A DNA stretch of 63,962 nucleotides, counting the filler, from Chrysochromulina tobinii (Eukaryota): the NCBI GenBank assembly GCA_001275005.1. It is 6 parts of 6 records of this genome, joined end to end, with 100 filler letters (N's around TTAATTAATTAA, not from the genome) between each part and the next. Parts side by side here need not be neighbours in the genome. Positions count along the whole stretch, not along the records: positions 20,184 to 32,182 come from JWZX01001116.1; positions 32,283 to 40,691 come from JWZX01001117.1; 4 more parts are not named here. One strand, written 5' to 3'. Numbering within the stretch: position 1 is the first letter of the stretch; the number at the start of each line of letters is the position of its first letter. Made by a program: the position numbers and the translations under genes. The notes under the pieces are model-generated. The model saw only the letters and a list, made by a program, of their open reading frames with translations. It searched no databases and was not told where the DNA came from. Of this stretch, positions 22,176 through 33,989 are shown piece after piece.

Positions 22176-25100
22176 TCAGCCTTTGAGTTTCTCATTCTCC
22201 GGATCGTAGAGGGGGCGGAGCGAGGCGCGCGCGGGGTAGCGCACTCCCGCCACGTCCACCTCCCATTGGCCCTCCCGAACCCAAGCGGCTGTGATCGGCT
22301 CGCCCACGCCCTCGATCATGGAGAGGCCCACAGCGCCGCCGAGGGAGTGGCCGTATGAGGCGATGCGCACGTCGCCCATGATCCTGCCGTTGCGAGGCGC
22401 CAATCAGAGTGAGACCAATCAGAGTGAGACCAATCAGATCCAATCAGATCCTGCCGTTGCGAGGCGCCAATCAGAGTGAGGAGCTAATCAGAGCCAATCA
22501 GATCCTGCCGTTGCGAGGCGCCAATCAGAGTGAGAGGCCAATCAGAGCCAATCAGATCCAATCAGATCCTGCCGTTGCGAGGCGCCAATCAGAGTGAGAC
22601 CAATCAGATCCAATCAGATCCTGCCGTTGTGAGGCGCCAATCAGAGTGAGACCAATCAGAGAGAGACCAATCAGAGTGAGACCAATCAGAGCCAATCAGA
22701 TCCTGCCGTTGCGAGGCGCCAATCAGAGTGAGACCAATCAGAGTGAGACCAATCAGATCCAATCAGATCCTGCCGTTGCGAGGCGCCAATCAGAGTGAGA
22801 CCAATCAGAGCCAATCAGATCCTGCCGTTGCGAGGCGCCAATCAGAGTGAGACCATTCAGAGTGAGACCAATCAGATCCAATCAGATCCTGCCGTTGCGA
22901 GGCGCCAATCAGAGTGAGACCAATCAGAGGCCAATCAGATCCTGCCGTTGCGAGGCGCCAATCAGAGGCCAATCAGATCCAATCAGATCCTGCCGTTGCG
23001 AGGCGCCAATCAGAGTGAGACCAATCAGAGTGAGACCAATCAGATCCAATCAGATCCTGCCGTTGCGAGGCGCCAATCAGAGTGAGACCAATCAGAGCCA
23101 ATCAGATCCTGCCGTTGCGAGGCGCCAATCAGAGGCCAATCAGAGGCCACTCTGAGGCCAATCTGAGGCCAATCAGCACGCGCCTGCCGTTGCGATACAC
23201 GATCTCGCCCTGGTACATGAGGGGCATCGGGTCCTCGAGCAACACCGAGACGAGTCGGCGTGATAAGCCCGCCGCACCTCGCCCCTTTTGGTCGAGCGTC
23301 GCCTCGCGCCCGACGAAACCCAACGGCTTGTCGTAGGCGGCTGTGAAGCCGAGGTGTGAAACCGAGGTGTGAAACCGAGGTGTGAAGCCGAGGCACACAT
23401 CGCGAGCAGCGTGTCATCGGTCGCAATCAGACGCAATCAGTCGTGAGCAGCATGTCCTCAGTCGCAATCAGACGCAATCAGAGGCCATCAGCAGCACACA
23501 CCAGTGAAGCCGAGGCCCACCTCGAGCAGCGTGTCGAGATTGTCCATATCGTGGCCGTAATCGCGGTAGCCCTGCTCGAGCAATCAGTGGCAATCAGTGG
23601 CACTCAGCGGTAAGGAGAAATCATGATCGATTAGTAGCCATCAGTAGCCATCAGTAGCCATCAGGAGCCATCAGGAGCCATCAGGAGCCATCAGACGCAA
23701 TGAGCACGTACTTTCTCGAGGCGGAGGGAGGCGAGGGCCTTGAGGCCGCAGTGCTCAAGACCATATTCCGGTTCCCGCCCCACGCGTACGATCTCGTCGT
23801 ACACGTGCACCTGCAATCAGGAGCAATCCAGAGCAATCAGCAGCAATCGTAGATCGCAATCAGGGTTTGCAATCAGTCAATCAGTCGCCAGTATTCGCTA
23901 TCAGTGGCCATCAGTCGCCATCAGTCGCAACCAGTCGCCATCAGTCGCCATCAGTCGCCATCAGTCGCGTACCGCCATCTCGGTGGGTACGAAGAGCTCA
24001 TAGCCGAGCTCGCCCACGTACGTGATGCGCGTCGCAATCAGGGAGGCGCAGCCGAGATCGATGCGTCGGGCGGCTCGGAAGGGGAAGGAGGCGTCGGAGA
24101 TGTCGATGCTTGTGAGGCGAGCGAGCAGCGCACCTGATGAGGGATGTCATCAGAGAGGTCATCAGAGAGGCTATCAGAGGGGTCATCAGGGAGATCATCA
24201 GAGAGGTCATCAGAGGGGTCGTCAGAGAGGTCATCAGGGGCAATCACGTGACATCTCGGTGGGGCTCACGCGAGCGAGGCCCTGATGAGGGAAGTCATCA
24301 GGTGAACTCACGCGAGCGAGGCCCTGATGAGGGAAGTCATCAGGTGGACTCACGCGAGCGAGGCCCTGATGAGGGAAGTCATCAGGTGGACTCACGCGAG
24401 CGAGGCCCTTGCAGATTGATCTGCGCGTAGGCGCCTGTGATATCTGTCACACTGGCTGCTTGGTCCTCCCCGACGGCATCCTGGAGGAGGCGCTCAACAT
24501 GGCGCTGCTGCGTGTCGGTCGCAACGACCATGAAGGCAGGGCTGTTGCGATGGCTGCCGAGGCTGCCTGGGGGCAGTTTGGTGATCGTGAGGTCGGCCTC
24601 GAGAGTGCCAAAGGGGGAGAGCACCTGTGGGTGGGTGTGAAACAAGGGAAGGGGGGAGAGGGGTGAGGGAGGGTGTGAACGGGGGAGTGGAAGGGTGAGC
24701 GAGAGTGTGAATGGGGAGGGGGGGAATAGAAGGAATGGGTTCAGTGCCGTGCGGCGAGGGTACCTGCGTGTACGTGATGGTGCCTGCCTCGCCATCAATA
24801 TCAGCGGTCACCAGCCGATTGAGTACAGCGCCCGCGTCACGCCCCTGCACAAGGAACTTGGCCATAAAGCTCATGTCGATGAGCCCCACCTGATGAGGGA
24901 GGCAATCAAGGATGTGGTCCACCTGATGAGGGAGGCAATCGAGGGGACAATCAGGGGGCCATCAAGGGGCAATTAAGTGGGCAATCAAGGGGATCGTCAA
25001 TTAGGCAATCAAGAGGCAATCAAGCTCAAGCTCGATGAATATCCCGAACAGCTCGATGCTCCTGATCAGGCAATCAGTGGCAATCAGTGGCAATCAGTGG

Positions 25101-27848
25101 CAATCAGTGGTAATGAGTGGCCATCAGTGGCAATCATTGGCAATCACCGCCTCCCGAACAGCACGATGCTCTTTAGCCCATTGGCCAAACCACGCGGGCC
25201 GACCATATGTGAGAGGCCCACATTGGGCGACCTGCCCTGGCCCGGCGAACCAATCAGCACCCTCCCACCCAGACACATCTCGAAAGTAGGCACCCTGCGA
25301 CACGAGAAGATGAGGCGCGCAATCACTTCAGCAGAGGTCATCAGAGGTCATCGGAGGTCATCGGAGGTCATCAGAGGTCATCAGAGGTCATCAGAGGTCC
25401 TCAGAGGCCATCAGAGGGCATCAGAGGGCATCAGTGGTCATCAGTGGTCATCAGAGGTCATCGGAGGCAATCTCACCTCTCTCGAAAGCAAACACCCTCC
25501 TGGCACGTGTGCTCTCTCTCAATCAGCGCCAAGCAGCACCCATCGATTCAGCAATCAGAGCGATCAACAGAGTGGCAATCAATCGGCATCAGTCGCAATC
25601 ATTCGCAATCAGTCGCACCTGGTCCACAAGGCGCTCGCAATCAGTCGCAATCAGTCGCAATCAGTCGCACCTGGTCCACGAGGCGCTCGCAATCAGTCGC
25701 AATCAGTCGCAATCAGTCGCACCTGGTCCACGAGGCGCTCGTGCAGTGGGGAGCGCTTGACGAAACGCGCCGTCTCGGTCGGCCGGTTGGGGTAATGACA
25801 CTTGTACACCTGATGACGCAGAGACAATCAGAGCTCAATCAGAGCTCAATCAGAGGCGCATCAGGCACAGGATGGCAGAGGGTAGCACGTGCCGACCTTG
25901 CCTAGGGACTCGACGACACGAGCGCGTCGGTAGGCAGGGGTCGCCTGGTATGGCTGCAACCGGCCGGGCAGGTAGCCCGTTACGTCCTTGTCCGCGCGTC
26001 CATGGATCATTTGATAAGCGAGCATCTGCCCCACCCCTCCGCCCGTCAGAATCCCAATCGAGTTGAGGCCCGCCGCTACCCAATAATGGCGCAGCTCGGG
26101 TGCCTCTCCCACCTGATGAGGCAGGCAATCAATGGGGGCATCAGATGGGCGATCTGAGGCCCATCAGATGACAATCAGATCTGAGGCCCGCCAGATGACA
26201 ATCAGATCGAGTGGAAGGCCATCAGTGGGCTAATTAAGTGGACAATCAAGGGGGTCGTCAGATCGAGCGGGAGGCCATCAATGGGCTAATTAAGTGGACA
26301 ATCAAGGGGGTCGTCAGATCGAGTCGCTCGCTCACAATGGGCCTCAGGTCCGGTGTGAATGACTCTGGTCCGCAGAAGAGCTTCTTCGCCCCCACTTGGA
26401 GGGAAGCGGGTACGCGCGCCATCGCTTTCTCGAGGAACGGTGCGATGCGCTCCCAATCTGGCTCGATCTCGCCAAAGGAGAAGTCCTTCGGGATGCCCTC
26501 CACCTGATGAGGGAGGCAATTACCTGATGAGTGACTCACTTGATGAGGGATGTCTTTCGAAGCGACGCATCCCCTCCACCTAATGAGGGAGGCAATCACA
26601 CCCGCCGCAGACGCCATCAGACGCCATCAGACGCCATCAGACGCCAATCACACACGCCAATCACACACGCCATCAGACGCCAATCACACAGGCGTCATCA
26701 GGCGTCATCAGGCGTCATCAGACGCCATCAGACGCCAATCACACACGCCAACAGACAGACGCCATCAGACGCCATCACCTTCCACTCGGCCGCGTCGGTC
26801 TCAAACAGACCAACCATCAACCCACCGCCCTCAGGCCGTATGTACCTGATGAAGGAGACCAGCACGCGTCATCAGGCGTCACCAGGCGCCATCAGGCGCC
26901 ATCAGGCGTCATCAGGCGTCATCAGGCGTCATCAGCGCACGTGCACGAGGATGGATCCTCGACCACCGGCCACTCGCGCCCAACGGCTGCCATCGGCTCC
27001 GTGAGCAAATAGTAGTGCTCGGCCGCCTGGTTGGGGATCGTCACGCTGCTCCGCTCGCCCAGCTGGCGCGCCCACATGCCGCATGCGTTCACAAAATGTT
27101 CACAGTTGATGGTGGCCCCCGTGCTGGTGTGAACGCCCGTGACGCGCCCAGTCGCGTGTGCCACACCCTCGACAGAGACGCCCTCGACGATGCGCACGCC
27201 GCGCTGCTTGGCCGCACGCGCGAGCGCGCTCGTCGCGTCCACCGGGTTCACACGCCCATCTGTCGGCACATAGAAGCCCGCAAGGACGTCATCGACGCGG
27301 CAGAGCGGGAAGAGGTCGCGCACCTCTGTCGGCGAGAGCTCGTGCACGTCGACGCCGCACTTGCGGTTGAATGCGGCGACGCGCCGGAACTCCTCGAGGT
27401 AGCCCGCGTCCGTCGCGAGCTCGATGAAGCCGCACGGCTTGAAGCCGGTGCTCATGCCGGTCTCCTCTTCGAGTATGCGAGAGTAGAGCTCCTTCGAGTA
27501 CTTGCGAAGCTCAGTCGAGGTCTCGGAGAGCGAGCCAAAGGTGACCATCAGGCCAGCCGCGTGCCACGTCGTGCCCGATGTGATCTGATCGCGCTCGAGC
27601 AGCACCACGTCCGACCAGCCCAGCTTGGCCAGATGGTACGCGATCGAAGTGCCGATGATGCCACCGCCGGCGACGACGACGCGCGCGTGCGTTGGTAGCG
27701 GCGCTGGAGAGTTCGAAAAAAGCCGGCGGTGCTCTCGCGGCGGTGAGAGGCGCGGAGCGAGCGCAGCAGCTGCTGGTGCAAACGAGGAGAGCCGCCGGTG
27801 CACGCGCGCGCGCGCGGCCTGCACACAAGATCGCCCTCCCCACCCCAT
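22176..27848 (-). CDS. Dimethylglycine/sarcosine dehydrogenase-family protein (FAD oxidoreductase plus GcvT folate-binding domains), about 13 exons, likely mitochondrial
   Basis: Motifs VVVAGGGIIGTSIAYHLAKLGW, TSGTTWHAAGL, GPESFTPD, ITYVGELGYEL, SLRLEK/GYRDYGHD and PLYDP. Approximate exons: 27848-26941, 26845-26779, 26503-26336, 26112-25895, 25809-25723, 25294-25148, 24889-24764, 24624-24397, 24133-23973, 23810-23712, 23571-23502, 23340-23184, 22383-22176. The N-terminus is Arg/Ala/Ser-rich like a transit peptide. Confidence 0.9.
22384..23183 (-). repeat. 800-nt intron built from about 13 tandem units, each containing the exon-junction sequence
   Basis: Plus-strand unit ATCCTGCCGTTGCGAGGCGCCAATCAG with variable CCAATCAGA(G/T) subunits. 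The intron has an apparent GC donor and an AG acceptor. Confidence 0.85.
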
Positions 27849-28022
27849 GGACGGACGCTCGCGAAGTCCCCCCCAGAAATTTCACAGTCGAGTGGCCCTT
27901 CTGGATGAGTATTGCAGCGCCTCCTATCGCGCTCCCGCCGCGCTCGGCTTCAAAAACTATTAGTTTCGTCAGATCTCGTCCAAAAATGGTCACCCCAGCA
28001 GCACTATAGATGAAGCCCAGCG

Positions 28023-30059
28023 ATGCTCCGCGTCGCCGTGCCGCCCTCGAGGCCCGACACCTCGCACATGAATGTGCTCTGTAAAAACTTTGCGAACACG
28101 ACGCTGCTGAGCTCTGATGCCGATTTCACGGCGGGGTACGAGATCGGTGAGGAGCTGGGCCGTGGCGGATGGGCGACCGTATACTCCGCTCGGCGAAGGA
28201 CGTCAGCAGCAGCACTAGGTGCTGCTTCTGCGGCGGCATCTGCCCCGCTCGCAATCAAGGTGATGGACAAGTGCACGATCGGCGGACGTGCCGGCGAGGT
28301 GTCGCAAGTCGTGCAGCGCATGCGCGACGAGTGCCGTGTTCTCTCGGAGCTCGCACACCCTCGGGTTGTGAAGATGATTGAGATCGCCGAGTCGCCGCAC
28401 TGTGTGTACATCGTGATGCAGAATGCCGCCGGTGGCGCGCTGCTGGAACGCATCCTCGAACGTGGCGTCTTCTCGGAGGCGAACGCCAAGCATGTGATGC
28501 GCCAGGTCCTCGAGGTGCTCTCCTTTATGCATGCGCACGGCGTGATCCATCGCGATATCAAGCCTGAGAATATCCTTCTCGAGGCGCCGGACCGGTGGGA
28601 TGTGGTGCTCACCGACTTTGGGCTCGTCAAGATCTTCTCCGACCGCGACTCGCTCGCCACCTCTATGCCCCGTGCGGGCTCACTCCAGCTGCTGGACAGT
28701 GGTGGCCGGCGTCCTCCTGCTCCGTCCTTTGGCATGCCGGGCGGCAGCGGGACGACGCTGCATGCGAGTGCTCACCACGGCGCCTCTTCCTCGACGCTCG
28801 AGCGGTGCGCCACGCGCGTGGGCGGCTCGCCCTTTTATCAGGCGCCCGAGCAGGTCTACTGCACGGCGCCGTATCCGACCACCTACGGAGCCGGCGTTGA
28901 TGTATGGTCATCCGGAGTCGTGCTCTACATTCTCCTGAGCGGCACCTTCCCTTTTGACGAAGCGAGCATCCCGCCGCCCCCTTTTGACGAAGCGAGCATT
29001 CCACCGCCTCCGCTCGCGGCAGCGGCGGAACGCGTCGAAGGGCGCCGTGATGGGCGCCGTGATGGGCGCCGTGATGGGACTGCTGCTGCTGCTGCTGCTG
29101 GGACTGCTGCTGGGCGTGGCGCCGATCACGTCGCCGCCATCGCTGCTAAGGCGGCCCAGACATGGAATGCCGATCGAGAGCGGCGAGGTCTCATCAATGA
29201 TGCGTCATCAGTGCCCATCAGGTCTCAACATAGGCCTGATGACGTCTTAGGTCTCATCAATGATGCAGACGGCGGCGGCGGCGAGGGCGTTCGTGGCACT
29301 GCGAAACACTGGCCATCGGGCGCATCGTCCCCCTCCGTACCCATCCCCGTTCCCGGTGTCACCCCGCCCCCGCCAGCAGCGTTCGCGCCGTCTCGGGCGT
29401 CCGGGAGTGGCATCTTCCACAGCTTTCCCGCCGAGCGTTTCGAAACGGTGAGCGAGTCGGCGCGCGATGCGATCAACGCGATGCTTTCAGTCGACCCGAG
29501 GCGACGTCCAACGGCAGAGACGATGCGTCGTCACCCATGGCTTCTGGACGATGCTCAGGACGACGCGAGTCTGCCGCCCACCGGCGTGCTAAAAGCGAGC
29601 TCCTTGTCAGCGAGCTATTTGGTCGATATGGCCTTTACGGTGCGGCTGGCGAAGCGCGCGCGCGAGGCGGCCCATGAGGGATTGCGCTCGGGCTCATACG
29701 GACCATATGGGAGCAGCTTTGAGAGTGACGGACCCGACGCCCGGTGCGGCGCGTCGTTCGGCACGTCGTTCGGCGCCCGTGACGGCACGTCGTTTGGCGC
29801 CCGGAACGGCGCGTCGTTCGGCACGTCGTTTGGCGCCCGTGACGGCGCCTCGTTTGATGACCGGGACGGCGCCTCGTTTCTGCTCGAGGGCTCACCCGTC
29901 AGAGGCGGCTTTGGTGCCCCGTCAGCGGCCGTCTTGCGCACGTCCCGCCACACGCACATCTCGGGCAACGACTCGGGCAAAGTCTCGGCGCACCCGCTCA
30001 AGATGGCCAGGCAGCAAGGGGGGTTTGAGCGTCTGGAGGCGAAGCCAGCGCTCAACTAG
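28023..30059 (+). CDS. Ser/Thr protein kinase, CAMK group
   Basis: LGRGGWATV, AIKVMDK, HRDIKPENILL, DFG, YQAPE, DVWSSGVVLYILLSGTFPF, RRPTAETMRRHPW. Long low-complexity insertions, and a possible 63-nt intron at 29188-29250. Confidence 0.92.
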   Translation: MLRVAVPPSRPDTSHMNVLCKNFANTTLLSSDADFTAGYEIGEELGRGGWATVYSARRRTSAAALGAASAAASAPLAIKVMDKCTIGGRAGEVSQVVQRMRDECRVLSELAHPRVVKMIEIAESPHCVYIVMQNAAGGALLERILERGVFSEANAKHVMRQVLEVLSFMHAHGVIHRDIKPENILLEAPDRWDVVLTDFGLVKIFSDRDSLATSMPRAGSLQLLDSGGRRPPAPSFGMPGGSGTTLHASAHHGASSSTLERCATRVGGSPFYQAPEQVYCTAPYPTTYGAGVDVWSSGVVLYILLSGTFPFDEASIPPPPFDEASIPPPPLAAAAERVEGRRDGRRDGRRDGTAAAAAAGTAAGRGADHVAAIAAKAAQTWNADRERRGLINDASSVPIRSQHRPDDVLGLINDADGGGGEGVRGTAKHWPSGASSPSVPIPVPGVTPPPPAAFAPSRASGSGIFHSFPAERFETVSESARDAINAMLSVDPRRRPTAETMRRHPWLLDDAQDDASLPPTGVLKASSLSASYLVDMAFTVRLAKRAREAAHEGLRSGSYGPYGSSFESDGPDARCGASFGTSFGARDGTSFGARNGASFGTSFGARDGASFDDRDGASFLLEGSPVRGGFGAPSAAVLRTSRHTHISGNDSGKVSAHPLKMARQQGGFERLEAKPALN

Positions 30060-30367
30060 TCTGAGGGAGAAATAGGAGGTCTAGTAGTTGGTGTTCTAAG
30101 ACGTCATGTAAGACGTACAGCCCTACGGGTATCTGAAAATCTAATTCTAAAGCCCTAAACAAGTACACGGTACCAGCCGTACCGTACATACGCAACACGG
30201 TGAGGTACAGAAGTCTGAGTTGTCAGCGTACTAGCGCTACCACTACCCGAACACGGTAGCCACATGCGATGTTGTACGGTAACCATCTGTAAAGTACGCG
30301 TGGAGAGCGGATGTGGAGCGCCGTGACGAGCGCGAACCGCTGATTGTATCAGATGCGATGCGGGTCA

Positions 30368-32182
30368 TCATCGATTGGCGGTCTGAAGACCAGATGGCGA
30401 CAAGGTCGTTACATAAGGCCCTTCGCAGGCGCGTGCTTGGTCGGAAGCCCCGAACATCAACGGGCGGAGGCGATCTGCCGCAAACTCGCCATGCGCGTTC
30501 ATGTACGGGAAGGCACTATTTGTCGCCGACGCGGCCCTCCAGCCGCCTTGCGTGCCTGGGCGCGTCAGCAGTTTCATTCTCATGCGTCCGTTCGGATCTC
30601 GCGCCGAGATGAGGATCGGTGCACCGGACGCGCGTGCAGCCACGTGCGTGAGAGGGTTGCGCGAATGGATGGCTGGCATGCTCAAGGCCTCGCGGAGCAG
30701 CGTCGGAGGGGTCGAGGGCCATCTCGCGATGCCCGCAGGTGACAGCGACACCTCGGCATGCCTCTCGCCGATGGGTGTCAGCGGAGCCTGCCTGCGGAAG
30801 GGCTTGAGCGCCTGCACTGCTCGTCGAGGCCTGCGCTTGAGGTCAGACTGCAGCACGCTGCTCCAAAGATACTCGCCCTGCACAAAGTTGGCCATGGAGT
30901 GGCACTCAGAGTCAATCAGAGCCACTCAGAGCCACTCAGAGCCACTCAGAGCCTCTCAGAGCCACTCAGAGCCACTCAGAGCCACTCAGAGCCACTCAGA
31001 GTCACTCAGAGCCACTCAGAGCCACTCAGAGCCACTCAGAGCCACTCAGAGCCACTCAGAGCCACTCAGAGCCACTCAGAGCCACTCAGAGCCACTCAGA
31101 GCCACTCAGCAATTACCTGCACAAAGTTGGCCATGGGGGTCGTGCAGCGTTGCCCGAAAGTGTTGGCGACGACTCGTGATCGATTGGAGCTCGTCGAGTC
31201 TCGGGACAAGGACTGATGTATCGATGCTGCACGCGTCGGCGGCGAGGAAGCTCGCTCAGCTGCTGAGATCGACGAGTCAGATGCCCAAGCTCCAAGTCCT
31301 AGCCCGTGCTGTGCATGCAAAGCAGAGTCAGGCAGGGGATGTTCGTCCTCAGGTGCACCCACTCTCTGCGTGGTCACCGCAGGAAGACATCCAACTTGCG
31401 CGACGCCCTCCGCATTCAGCTTCGCCGTCATCTTGAGGCCAGCCATTGGCGTGCGTGCTCGAGGAGGCTCGCATGGGAAGTCCAGCGACGAGGGCGTGAA
31501 AGGCCGTTGCGACGCATAGGGAGTGCTGAGCCGGGTCAACGTCGGGAGACCGTTACGATAACGACCGGGTGGGGGTGCATGTGCAGCCCTCTCTGCAGCC
31601 GCCGCCGCCGCCGCCTCGTCCGAATAGCAAAGGCGAGGATCACCGGAGTGATGTTCATAGTGATGCTGAATCGGGTCGTTGTGGCGGTGATCAGGTGGGT
31701 GCTCATGTGCAGCCCTCTCCGCCGCCGCCGCCGCCGCCGCCTCGTCTGAATAGCAAAGGCGAGGATCACCGGAGTGATGTTCATAGTGATGCTGAATCGG
31801 GTCGTTGTGGCGGTGATCAGGTGGGTGCTCATGTGCAGCTCTCTCCGCCGCCGCCGCCGCCGCCGCCTCGTCCGAATAGCAAAGGCGAGGATCACCGGAG
31901 TGCCGACGCATCTGCTTCCCTCTGCAGCTTGCTTGAATAGAGATGGCTGCCTTCTTTGCTTTGGCGAGCTCTTTGAACGCCCTTGCTGCCCGAAACACGT
32001 TCTGCATGAGGGTGATGGCCTTGAGCTGCTGTTGGCCCGCTTTACGCACGATTCTGTGAGCCTCGACTGCAGCGCGCCGCGCTCGCTCCTTCCCCACCTC
32101 AGTCATACCATTCCCCTCATCGTCTCCACCTTTGGCGTGTTCGGTTCTCTCGCCGCCGCTGCCGCCGCCGCCACCGCCGCCG
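30368..32182 (-). CDS. IQ-motif protein (5' partial; intron 31116-30878)
   Basis: Two IQ-like motifs (LMQNVFRAARAFK, IQASCRGKQMRR) and about 2.5 copies of a 42-aa repeat. Splicing GT(31116)..AG(30878) joins ORFs 31096-32106 and 30368-30925 in frame. Confidence 0.7.
30900..31110. repeat. Intronic 10-nt satellite (GCCACTCAGA)n
   Basis: About 20 near-perfect copies. Confidence 0.95.
31575..31902 (-). repeat. Coding 126-nt tandem repeat
   Basis: HSGDPRLCYSDEAAAAAAAERAAHEHPPDHRHNDPIQHHYEH repeated with a 126-nt period (31641 vs 31767). Confidence 0.9.
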
Positions 32183-32282
32183 NNNNNNNNNNNNNNNNNN
32201 NNNNNNNNNNNNNNNNNNNNNNNNNNTTAATTAATTAANNNNNNNNNNNNNNNNNNNNNNNNNNNNNNNNNNNNNNNNNNNN
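32183..32282. other. Artificial contig linker
   Basis: N44-TTAATTAATTAA-N44. Confidence 0.97.
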
Positions 32283-33989
32283 TCACGACCAGCGGCGCCG
32301 GTGACTCCTTCATGGGATGTACGCGGCGAAGACTGGACCATGCGCGGTTGGGTCTGAGTCGTAGTAGTAGCAGTAACAGACTGAAGCGTCGAGTGCCTCG
32401 CGTGGGCTCCTCTTGCATCTGCAGCCGAAGGCTCACCCCGAACCTCGGACCCCAAACCAGTACGTTCATCACTTCGCCATCCTCACTTGGCACCTCGGCT
32501 TCGGCCACCCCGTTCAACTCGGCCTCGGCAAATCTCAGCAGTGCCGCCGCTACTTGGCTCCAACTTGAGGCCTCTTCCGCTGCCAAAATGGACAACATTG
32601 TGGCGGATATTATCAATTTGGTCGACAACTTGCGCAAGGTTTCCGCCTCCGACTCTCGAGCCACTTGCTTCCTCTGCTGATTTCGATGCTCGAGTTGCTG
32701 CGGCTGTCGCTGTGGCTCTTCGTGCTCATGGTGTCTCGCTGCCTCCAACGGGCTCCACTTCCCCTGACCGTGGTTCCCCTTTCGATGAGCCCCCTCCTTC
32801 ACCCCCGCGTGGGTTCGATTTGAAGGGCCTGACTCTCGAGGTTGCCGTTCGTGAGTGCCTGGCTGAAAACTTTATGATTCAACCCGTTTGGTATGGTTGC
32901 GGTCCCCCACCGGGCCGTGTGGACGGTTCGACCAACTCGCCCGCCGCATGGTCGACTCATCTGCACCAAGTCTGTGTCCAATTACTGAAGGGCCGTGAAT
33001 TCAACACGCACTCCCAGACCTTCTCTAACCGTCTCTAAATTCGAGGCTGACGTCAAACGTGTCCTTACTGATCCGGATTCTTACCGCCTCTGTCGTCCAA
33101 GCCTTCACGAGGCTCTCGCCCGGTTGTTTCTGACCAAGGGCGTGAACGACTCCGCCACAAAGAAGGAAGCTACTCAGTATGTCATGCAACAACTCGAATC
33201 TACCCTTCCGAAATCTCCGCCGAAAGGGTGCCTGCATTACTCACTGGAGGAGGTCCAACGGTTTCTCTTGCATTCCATGTCGCACCGCGACGACACTGAT
33301 GACGATGCTGATGCGTATCTCCTGCAATTTCTCCACATGCTCGACAACTTTTACCTTTCGCAAACAGTCTCAGACCCGTACAACCGCTCTGCGAGGAACG
33401 TAGGAAAAAAGCTGTCCAGCGGAAGGTTCTGGGCGACAATGAGGGCCGCAAATTGGTGGAATGGGGAGTGGTGCACCAGAGGGATACCCGCCTCGCCGAG
33501 CAGGACCTCCACATGCGACGTGAGAGCACGTTCAGCCCACTCGCTGATGAATGGCAACGTGCAGGATGCGACTAGCTCGTCGTCGCTCATGCTGGTCGCT
33601 TCAACAACGAACAGAGAAGTGATCAGGTCGTTGACAAGTAAGTACAAGATTGAACAGCCGGATGAGTGTTGGTATGTTGTGGAGTCGACCAGTCAAATAT
33701 CGAATCGCGTCAGACTGTACTTTGGTGACGGGCGGAGTCGGAATGGACCCAACCTTGTGAGTGGCATGATGGCAAAGCTTGGCATCAGCGACGTGCTGTT
33801 GCTTGTCTTTAGGAGAGCGCTACCGGCGAAGGTTTCGAATGCAGTCTTAGCAGTGTCCCAAAGTTCTCTAGAAAGTTCCTCTGCTTGATCCACTGAGGGG
33901 TCGGAAGATGACCGCTTCACGTAACGCAAGGCATTCCTGATCACGAACACCATATCGTGTCTCTTCGGGAATGAAACGGCGAGACCAAC

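Noticed and set aside
22384..23183. Regularly spaced repeats resembling a CRISPR array
   Set aside because: The spacers are built from the same CCAATCAGA subunits and the array lies inside an intron.
22176..27848. Possible DMSP demethylase (DmdA), given the GcvT domain
   Set aside because: The N-terminal FAD oxidoreductase domain places it with dimethylglycine/sarcosine dehydrogenases, and the exact substrate cannot be read from the sequence.
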